From contig JAYVCD010000241.1 of assembly GCA_043750125.1 (NCBI GenBank), forward strand, positions 1-14,641: a stretch of 14,641 nucleotides of DNA, in the 5' to 3' direction. Below the pieces are notes generated by a model, which was not told the origin of the DNA, searched no databases, and saw only the letters and a program-made list of their open reading frames with translations. The position numbers and the translations under genes were made by a program. How positions within the stretch are numbered: position 1 is the stretch's first letter; each line of letters begins with the position of its first letter. This document shows, piece after piece, positions 6,701 through 13,408 of the stretch. The DNA is from Archangiaceae bacterium. Its GTDB lineage: Bacteria > Myxococcota > Myxococcia > Myxococcales > Myxococcaceae.

Positions 6701-7564
6701 ATGAAATGGACACGCGGATATCGAAGCGACGATGTGGAAGTCAGGCAAGGCAATGGGGGCGGGGGCGGCGGAGGTGGCCTTCCCCTGGGCTTGTTGTCCT
6801 TGATTACTTCGAGGTTCGGAATCGGCGGGGGGCTGCTGGCCCTGCTCGCATTCGGCGCCTGGCAGTTCTTGAGTGGGCGTATGACTCAGGGCGAGGGGGC
6901 GGTGGATCCTTCCGACCCGACGGCGAAGACCCAGAGCGCCGACGAGCGGGTTCAGTTCGCCTCGTTCGTGCTCGATGACGTTCAACGCACGTGGGCTCAG
7001 AAGATCCCCGGGTACAAGAACGCGAAGATGGTCCTGTTCCAGAACTCGACTTCGACCGGGTGCGGATACGGGGATAAAGCGACCGGGCCTTTCTATTGTC
7101 CGCGGGACAACAACGTCTACCTCGACCTCGACTTCTTCAAGACGCTCGAGCAGCGGCTGGGAGCCGGCGGCGACTTCGCTCAGGCGTACGTCATCGCCCA
7201 TGAGGTGGGCCACCATGTTCAAAACCAGCTCGGCGTCAGCGACAAAGTCAGCGGAGCGACGAGCCGCGCGCGCACCGGCGCGGGAGGCCTGGGCGTGAAG
7301 CTCGAGCTGCAGGCCGACTGCTTCGCCGGGGTCTGGGCCCACAGCTCCGAGCAGAGAAAGCTGCTCGAGACGGGCGACCTGGAAGAAGCGCTCAATGCCG
7401 TCGCGTCGATCGGCGATGACCGGCTTCAGAAGATGAATCAGGGCACGGTGCAGCCGGAGAGCTGGACCCATGGCTCGTCGGCGCAGCGGGTCGACTGGTT
7501 TCGCCGCGGGTTGAAGTCGGGCGACCCGGCGTCGTGCGACACGTTCCAAATCGCTGCGCCATGA
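6701..7564 (+). CDS. ypfJ: YpfJ-family neutral zinc metallopeptidase
   Basis: Start re-called at ATG 6701 (MKWTRGYRSDDVEVR). Motifs TGCG, GPFYCPRD, GDFAQAYVIAHEVGHHVQ (HExxH), ELQADCFAGVW, IGDDRLQ, PESWTHGSSAQR and CDTF. Confidence 0.93.
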   Translation: MKWTRGYRSDDVEVRQGNGGGGGGGGLPLGLLSLITSRFGIGGGLLALLAFGAWQFLSGRMTQGEGAVDPSDPTAKTQSADERVQFASFVLDDVQRTWAQKIPGYKNAKMVLFQNSTSTGCGYGDKATGPFYCPRDNNVYLDLDFFKTLEQRLGAGGDFAQAYVIAHEVGHHVQNQLGVSDKVSGATSRARTGAGGLGVKLELQADCFAGVWAHSSEQRKLLETGDLEEALNAVASIGDDRLQKMNQGTVQPESWTHGSSAQRVDWFRRGLKSGDPASCDTFQIAAP

Positions 7565-7609
7565 GGGCGACCCCGGCGGCCACGTCCAGACCGAACCCCA
7601 TCGGTGTAA

Positions 7610-7642
7610 TCAGATTGGGCCGGGTGTCCTCTCGAGTTGCAT
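7610..7642 (-). CDS. Possible 10-aa small ORF MQLERTPGPI, or a truncated gene start
   Basis: Strong SD AAAGGAG (7650-7656, minus strand) 7 nt before the ATG. TGA at 7610-7612. No homology support. Confidence 0.25.
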   Translation of the reverse strand: MQLERTPGPI

Positions 7643-7768
7643 TTTGTTGCTCCTTTCATCCCGATCAAGGTGATCGGGCACGAGCAACTCTTCGCATTCC
7701 GCCCCCCCTCTGCAACCCGTGCGCTCCCTCGAGAAACGGCTTCGGGAAAACGCACGGTTTGCAAAAAG
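7634..7768 (-). ncRNA. Candidate structured RNA element (two adjacent hairpins), family unassigned
   Basis: Stems: 7711-7723/7751-7763 (12 of 13 bp, extendable by G-U pairs on the minus strand), 7660-7667/7671-7678 (8 of 8), 7646-7652/7682-7688 (7 of 7), and an alternative 7634-7640/7684-7690 (7 of 7). Confidence 0.45.
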
Positions 7769-7778
7769 CATTTCGGCG

Positions 7779-8873
7779 TTAGCGCGGCGGGCCTTCCTTC
7801 TCGGCGAGGCGCCGTTTCTTTTCCTCTACGCATTTCTTCAGCTGCTTCTCGAGGAACTCGTACGGAAGTCCGGCCTCGAGGTGAAAGTCTGCAGAATTAT
7901 TCTGGGCCTGGGCGACGCGGGCGAACCCGAGCACTTCCGCCGCGCCCTTGTTTCCCTTCGCCTCGGCCTGAAGCTTGGCCAGAGTGAGTGCCGTCCCGAG
8001 GGCTTTTCGCAGATCCTGCGTCTTCGTCGGGTCCGAGCCCGCGATGTCTGCCACCACGCCCACGTCGTGAGAAACGTCTGCGTGGAGCTTGATCGAAGAC
8101 GCGGCTTCCTCGAGCAGTTTTGCCAACGCGGGGCTCTCTTCTGAGAGTCCCTGGGCAATCATCCCCGGCTTGATGACACCGTAAACCTCTCCGTAGGCGT
8201 CGGCCTCGGTCAACACCCGCCGGGCGGTGGGATCCATTTTCCCATCGAGGCGGTCGAGGACAGTGGTCACGTCTTCCTGGGTGTCGCCCAGGACCATCAC
8301 CTGTCCCTTCCACAGGCCCATCTGCCCGCCGGTGCCGCCATCGGGCAGCGCCTTGGCGTACAGCTCGGAGCTCGTTCCGAATTGCTTTTGATGTTTCATC
8401 CCCATCAACGCCCCAAAGTCGGTCTTCGAAAAATCGCCGGTGAGCATCACGGCGTCGTCGGCGACCGCCACCCGGTCGAGGTTGTTCAAGGGGTCGAAGC
8501 CCGCGTCTTTCATCTGGGAAAGCACGTCGGTCTGCCCGGTGAAGACGCACTCGATCATCAGGTTGCCCAGGTCCGAGTTTCGAATCGCGTTGGCCTCGAT
8601 CACCACCGCTCCGCTCTTGATTTCGGTCGGCATCGCGGCGAGCACCGGGTCTCGAACCTGGGCCGGAAGCGCGGCCACCGCCGGAAGCGTCTGCCGTTCG
8701 GTGTTTCGTTTCCGCTCGTCGGGGGTCATGTAGCGGGGCAGTGACACTTTCTTTTCGTGCCCCGTCTTCTTCTCTTCCTCGCTGCCGGACATCAGCCAGG
8801 CCGCGCCGCCAAACAGCAGAGCCGCCACGATGAGCCAGGGCCAGCGGCGTTTCTTCGCAGGAACAGCGGTCAT
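7779..8873 (-). CDS. Hypothetical membrane-anchored (probably periplasmic) protein coupled to the ABC transporter
   Basis: The real start is the ATG at 8873, which overlaps the permease stop (TGATG). MTAVPAKKRRWPWLIVAALLFGGAAWLM is a basic + TM anchor, followed by a soluble domain. The upstream 260 aa of the track ORF is a shadow of the permease gene. Confidence 0.85.
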   Translation of the reverse strand: MTAVPAKKRRWPWLIVAALLFGGAAWLMSGSEEEKKTGHEKKVSLPRYMTPDERKRNTERQTLPAVAALPAQVRDPVLAAMPTEIKSGAVVIEANAIRNSDLGNLMIECVFTGQTDVLSQMKDAGFDPLNNLDRVAVADDAVMLTGDFSKTDFGALMGMKHQKQFGTSSELYAKALPDGGTGGQMGLWKGQVMVLGDTQEDVTTVLDRLDGKMDPTARRVLTEADAYGEVYGVIKPGMIAQGLSEESPALAKLLEEAASSIKLHADVSHDVGVVADIAGSDPTKTQDLRKALGTALTLAKLQAEAKGNKGAAEVLGFARVAQAQNNSADFHLEAGLPYEFLEKQLKKCVEEKKRRLAEKEGPPR

Positions 8874-9709
8874 CAGAAGTCCTTTTTCTCGAAGCGCCAG
8901 GCGGCGACGCTCAGCATTCCCAGCGAGAACACCAGACACCCACCCACCAGCCGGGCGGTGAGAGCCGGCTTGAACCCTTCGTCGCCCGCCAGTCGGATGC
9001 ACTGCTCGGCCAGACGCCACAGACGGGGAAAGGGCTGAACGGCGTAGTGGAAGAGCGTTCGACCCAACCCGGGCTCGAGCGTGTCTTCGATGGACGCGCG
9101 GGTGCTGGACAAGATCCCCATCACCCCGACCATGAAGCCGACCGCGGAGGAGGCAGCGGCGCTGCGAACGAAGAAGGCGCTGGTGAGCATCGCGGAATAG
9201 ATGGCGCAGAAGCCGGCGACCCCCAGCAGCGAGCCGCTCAACAGGCTGAAAGTCCAGTAGCCGGTCTTGAACCCGAAGACGAGGGTGATGCCCAGCGCGC
9301 CGTAGAGCGTGCTCACCGCCGAGAGCGCGAGCACGCCCAGGTAGGTGCCGAGCAACAGCTGCCAACGGGAAACCGGCAAAGACAGCAGGTGCTCGATTCG
9401 GCCGGGGGACAACAGGCTGGGAGCAAAATCGCTGCAGGCCACCGCGAGAAACAGCGCTCCGCCGAAGAAGCCGATGCCGGCGGCGACCATGAAGACCGGC
9501 TTCATCACCGTGTCGGTCGAGACGATGTCTTCGAAGAGCATGGCTCCGAAGAGCTTGCTGCCGGCGATCGCCCCGTCGACCACCTCGAGCCGAAGAAACA
9601 ACCCGAGCACGGTGAGGACCAGGGTCAGCCCGACCCAGAGGCCGAGCACCCACTTGCGGGCGAGCGCCTCGCGCAGCAGATCTCGCGCGACGTGCAGCGC
9701 GGTCTTCAC
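8873..9709 (-). CDS. ABC-2 type transporter permease
   Basis: About six TM segments and the motif GRIEHLLSLPVSRWQLLLGTYLG. Ends in FEKKDF. Overlaps the ATPase stop (GTGA). Confidence 0.9.
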   Translation of the reverse strand: MKTALHVARDLLREALARKWVLGLWVGLTLVLTVLGLFLRLEVVDGAIAGSKLFGAMLFEDIVSTDTVMKPVFMVAAGIGFFGGALFLAVACSDFAPSLLSPGRIEHLLSLPVSRWQLLLGTYLGVLALSAVSTLYGALGITLVFGFKTGYWTFSLLSGSLLGVAGFCAIYSAMLTSAFFVRSAAASSAVGFMVGVMGILSSTRASIEDTLEPGLGRTLFHYAVQPFPRLWRLAEQCIRLAGDEGFKPALTARLVGGCLVFSLGMLSVAAWRFEKKDF

Positions 9710-10581
9710 CGGGTGGCCTCGGCCAGCGCGTCCTCGAGATCGAACGCGCGCGGGGTGAGCTCAGTGACCCAGGCTCCGCCTTCGCGCGCCTTTCCGAGGG
9801 CCGCGTTCAGCGCTTCGACATCGGTCCCTTCGAAGGTCCATCGGTCCCCTTGCGCGACGAAGCCAAACGCCGACGGGTCCGAGGCGCCACTGAACTTCAC
9901 CCGCCAACCTTCGCGTTGGGCGGTCAACGACTCGAGCGTGCCTTCGCGCACCAACCGCCCCTGGTGAAGAATACCGACGCGGTCACAGACGCGCTCGGTC
10001 TCGGCGAGCAGGTGCGAGTTGAGCAGCACCGTTGCGCCGCGATCTTTTTCCTCGAGCAATATTTTCCGCACTTCCACCCGCCCCAGGGGGTCGATTCCGT
10101 CGGTGGGCTCATCGAGGATCAGCAGCTCGGGCTTGCCGAGCAAGGCGACCGCCAGCCCGAGCCGCTGCCGCATTCCTTTCGAAAACCCGCCAATCTTGCG
10201 CTCGCGCGCTGAGCTGAGGCCGACCCGTTCCAGCAGCTGGGGCTCGGTCGAAATGTTTTTCAGCCGCGCGACGGAAGCCAGAAACTGAAGGGGAGTCCAG
10301 GCGTCGGGAAGGTGAAGGCGCTCGGGCAGGTAACCGATGCGCGCCCGCACCGCAGGCTCTTCGGGGTCACCGCCGAGCACCTGCACCTGCCCGGATGACG
10401 GGCGCGCGACGCCCAGCAACAACTTGATGAACGTCGTCTTCCCTGCGCCGTTGGGGCCGATCAACCCGAACGCACTGCCGCGCGGAATGGACAGCGTGAG
10501 CTCGCGCAGCGCCGGGTGGGCCGGGCCAAAGAGCCGGGAGAACGACTTGCTCAACCCGGTGGCTTGAAGTGCGGGGCTCAC
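9706..10581 (-). CDS. ABC transporter ATP-binding protein (exporter type)
   Basis: Walker A GPNGAGKTT, signature FSKGMRQR, Walker B LLILDEPT, H-loop LNSH, C-terminal LED. Confidence 0.95.
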   Translation of the reverse strand: MSPALQATGLSKSFSRLFGPAHPALRELTLSIPRGSAFGLIGPNGAGKTTFIKLLLGVARPSSGQVQVLGGDPEEPAVRARIGYLPERLHLPDAWTPLQFLASVARLKNISTEPQLLERVGLSSARERKIGGFSKGMRQRLGLAVALLGKPELLILDEPTDGIDPLGRVEVRKILLEEKDRGATVLLNSHLLAETERVCDRVGILHQGRLVREGTLESLTAQREGWRVKFSGASDPSAFGFVAQGDRWTFEGTDVEALNAALGKAREGGAWVTELTPRAFDLEDALAEATR

Positions 10582-11754
10582 TTACCTCTCGAGGCGAAAG
10601 CGGTAGATGACGCCGGTGGAAAGCTGAATTTGATCTCCATCGCGCAGCGCGGCGCGAAAGACGGGTCGACCATTGAGGGTGATGCCCGAGGGTGAAGGGG
10701 GCACCGCCTCGAGCTCCCAGTGGGCGTGCTTGCGCTGCATCCGCCAGAACGCGACCCCGGCCGGCCCGTGCACTCCCCCCGAGGGAGGAGCCACGTCGAT
10801 CAGCTCGGCGGTCTCGCCCAATTCCTGAACGTCTCCTGGCTGTTCGCCTGCGCGCAGCCCGGCCCGTTCCACAATCAGCGCGGCTTGGCGAAATCGGCCG
10901 AACAGCGGCGCGGGGCCAAGCGCGGGAAACTTCGCACTCAGCACCGATTGGAATCGGGCGCTGGCTTCGTCGACCCAGCCGTCGGAAAACGAGCAGTCGC
11001 CCAGGTGGATGACCTTCAGCGACGGCGGGGCAAAGGTCTGTTCGTTCCTCAGCACGTCGACGAAGGCTTGCGCGCTGCTCAACGCGCCCCCCGCGTCGAG
11101 GACCAGCTCTTCGAGGAAGCGCGATACCGGCAGGCGCAACAGCAGGTCGATCGAGGACAAAGGCTCGGCACCGAACAGCTGAAGATCTCGAAGCACGGCG
11201 CGCCGCAGCAGGCCGTGGCTCCATTCCACTTCCAGCCGGCCTTCAATCGAGGTGCGGGCCAGCGGGCCCAGCCAGCGCAGGTCGTCCTCGGGGCGGGGGT
11301 CGGCCTTCAGTGCACCGGCGATTCGTTCTCCGAGGGGATCATTGGCCTCGAGCAGCGCGTCGGCCCAGACCGACAGCCGGGGAAGATCGTCCAGCGACAG
11401 CTGGGCAGAGGGCCCGTCGGCGATGCTCGAAGTGAGAAAACGGAACACCGGCCCCAGCTCGGGCAGCTCGAGCACGTCGAGGTGCTGCAACACGACCTCG
11501 GCCTGCAAAGTGCCATTGACCAGGGTGCGCAGATCTCCCGCGGCGTGACTCAGGCGCCATTGCTTGTTGCGGTACACCAGCCGCCCGTGAACGCGCGAGA
11601 GCTTGCTCGGAGAAATCTGCAGCTCGGCTTCCGACCCGAACGACCGACCGGCAGCGGTCAGGGCAAATTGCTCGCCGACCTTCAACGCGGTTCGTTCAAC
11701 CGGCGTCACCTGCACGTTGCGTGGAGCCCAGAGAAGTTGAAGAAAGCCGTTCAT
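10582..11754 (-). CDS. FHA + TIGR02996-like + FHA domain protein
   Basis: N-terminal FHA-like region (LSRVHGRL...TLVNG...LQHLDVLEL). Central DDLPRLSVWADALLEANDPLGERI and EWSHGLLRRAVL...LPVSRFLEELVL. C-terminal FHA-like region (GITLNGRPVFRAALRDGDQIQL). Its stop abuts the ATPase GTG. Confidence 0.75.
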   Translation of the reverse strand: MNGFLQLLWAPRNVQVTPVERTALKVGEQFALTAAGRSFGSEAELQISPSKLSRVHGRLVYRNKQWRLSHAAGDLRTLVNGTLQAEVVLQHLDVLELPELGPVFRFLTSSIADGPSAQLSLDDLPRLSVWADALLEANDPLGERIAGALKADPRPEDDLRWLGPLARTSIEGRLEVEWSHGLLRRAVLRDLQLFGAEPLSSIDLLLRLPVSRFLEELVLDAGGALSSAQAFVDVLRNEQTFAPPSLKVIHLGDCSFSDGWVDEASARFQSVLSAKFPALGPAPLFGRFRQAALIVERAGLRAGEQPGDVQELGETAELIDVAPPSGGVHGPAGVAFWRMQRKHAHWELEAVPPSPSGITLNGRPVFRAALRDGDQIQLSTGVIYRFRLER

Positions 11755-11822
11755 CGATCGACGGTTTGCGTCGCGGCGGGCACCTTAGGCTCGCGCCCGT
11801 TCATGTTGTGAAGAACCTCGTT

Positions 11823-12668
11823 CTAGGGCACCAGCGCCGCCCAGTCGGATTCGAGCTTCGGCAGGGCCCGCTGCAGCGTGGCGAACTGCTCGCGCAGCCG
11901 GCCGTCCGGAGGAACCCGGCTGAGGTGAAAGGTCAGCGCGCGCAAGGCGCTGGGGCGCTCGCGTTCCAGAATCTGCAGCACCTGCATCGCCTCGCGCTCT
12001 TCGGCCACCGAGCCGTTCTGGTACGAGACCAGGTCCACGTGCAGCGCACGCATCCAGCGGCTGAACGGATTCCCCAGCAGCACCTGCAGCTCGCTTTGCA
12101 GCGAGGCGAGCACCCGGCGGCCGCGCTGAAGCACACCCCGCGCGATGAACCCATGTTCCCACCCGTGACCGCTGGCGACGCCTACGTCTCCGGGTGAAGG
12201 GCCCAGGCCGCGAATGCGCTGAGAGAGAGGGTCGCCCTGGTCTTCGAGAAAGTCGGCCCACACCTGCCAGCGGGCATCGTCTTGCGGACCCTCGTCGATC
12301 AAGGCCCGCAGCGGCTCGTCCCTGTCCGTCCACCCTTCGACTCCAAACCGAAACGCGAGGTCCTCCTGCCCGCGGCCATCGAAGCGGACGACGTCGTTCG
12401 GCTCGAGAAGTCGGCGGGTGCCCGAGTAGTGGGTGCGGTTCACCCAGGTCCCGTGGGGGGTGCCCATGTCATCGAGCCACCAGCGGCCCAGCGCGCCGAA
12501 CTCGAGCAGCACGTGTTTCTCGGCGATGGCCGGGTGACGAAGCTTCACCAGCGACTCGCGGTTTCGGCCAATGAACTGGCGAGCCAGCTCATAAGAGAGC
12601 GGGTGCTTCGAGACGACCCGACGCTCGGGTCCTTCGAGGCGCTCGAGGAAGGCGCGGCGGTGCGGCAC
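11823..12668 (-). CDS. FHA + TIGR02996-like domain protein (start 12668 or 12701)
   Basis: FHA region FIGRN...IAEKH...DMGTPHGTWVN...LEPNDVVRF, then LRALIDEGPQDDARWQVWADFLEDQGDPLSQRIR (TIGR02996 pattern) and WEHGFI...NPFSRWMRALHV. Confidence 0.8.
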   Translation of the reverse strand: MPHRRAFLERLEGPERRVVSKHPLSYELARQFIGRNRESLVKLRHPAIAEKHVLLEFGALGRWWLDDMGTPHGTWVNRTHYSGTRRLLEPNDVVRFDGRGQEDLAFRFGVEGWTDRDEPLRALIDEGPQDDARWQVWADFLEDQGDPLSQRIRGLGPSPGDVGVASGHGWEHGFIARGVLQRGRRVLASLQSELQVLLGNPFSRWMRALHVDLVSYQNGSVAEEREAMQVLQILERERPSALRALTFHLSRVPPDGRLREQFATLQRALPKLESDWAALVP

Positions 12669-12731
12669 GGGGCGACATCTTGCCTGTAGAACCGTGGCCA
12701 CTCCACTGCAGGGGGCTTAGAGTGCCGACCC

Positions 12732-13337
12732 ATGCACTTGAATCTCACCGAGCCTCCGCGGGTGGACCTCGAGCAAATCGATGGCGTCGCGCGGGTGCGG
12801 CTCGGGTGGAAAGACCTGCTGGTCTTTCTGAAAGCCCGGGGCGACAGCTCGGCCAACCGAATTTCTTATTTCGACGGAGTTCTGGAAATCATGTCTCCGT
12901 CGGTCAACCACGAGTCGATCAAGAAGAACCTCGCCCGCCTGATCGAAGCCTGGGCGACGCAAGAAGAAATAGATCTTCGTGGCTTCGGCTCGTGGACCCT
13001 GAAGTCGGCGCGCAGCAAGACGGCCGTCGAGCCAGACGAGTGCTACGTCGTCGGGCCGCGCGGTCGGCGACAGACACCGGACATCGTCGTCGAAGTGAAG
13101 TGGACCACCGGGGGCCTCGAGAAGCTCGAGGTGTACCAGCGGCTGCGAATTCGGGAAGTGTGGCTGTGGGACCGTGGCCAGTTGGTGCCCTATCTGCTCA
13201 AGGCGGGCGGGTACGCACGGGCCCGCCGCAGTGCGCTGCTGCCGGAGCTCGACTTTGCTTTGCTTTCGACATTTTCGACCCGCGAAGATCAGATGCACGC
13301 CGCCCGACAGTTTCTGGCTGCCGCGCGCGACCATTGA
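12732..13337 (+). CDS. Uma2-family PD-(D/E)XK putative endonuclease
   Basis: RISYFDGVLEIMSPSVNHE, FGSWTLK, VEPDECY, PDIVVEV and KLEVYQRLRIREVWLWD. TAGAGT lies 8 nt upstream of the ATG. Confidence 0.92.
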   Translation: MHLNLTEPPRVDLEQIDGVARVRLGWKDLLVFLKARGDSSANRISYFDGVLEIMSPSVNHESIKKNLARLIEAWATQEEIDLRGFGSWTLKSARSKTAVEPDECYVVGPRGRRQTPDIVVEVKWTTGGLEKLEVYQRLRIREVWLWDRGQLVPYLLKAGGYARARRSALLPELDFALLSTFSTREDQMHAARQFLAAARDH

Positions 13338-13408
13338 TCCGTCCGTAAGGATCGGGCGTGCGGGAACGGACCCCGCCTGCATCACTTTGGTTTAGGGTCC
13401 GCGCCGCT

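Noticed and set aside
6754-6778. G-rich tract in ypfJ as a phase-variation site
   Set aside because: It encodes a poly-Gly linker typical of this family, with mixed codons, and the frame is intact.
7706-7768. Resemblance of minus-strand GCAAACC to the cyclic di-GMP-I riboswitch
   Set aside because: There is no GNRA-capped stem, no GACGCAAAGC-like junction and no second stem with a tetraloop receptor, so I left the element unassigned.
8874-9653. N-terminal 260 aa of the 624-aa track ORF 7779-9653
   Set aside because: Arg-rich out-of-frame overlap with the permease. The real protein starts at ATG 8873 with a TM anchor and a TGATG overlap.
12732-13337. Uma2 gene as a mobile element or restriction-modification system
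   Set aside because: No methyltransferase, antitoxin, terminal repeats or target duplication is visible, and stand-alone Uma2 genes are common in myxobacteria.
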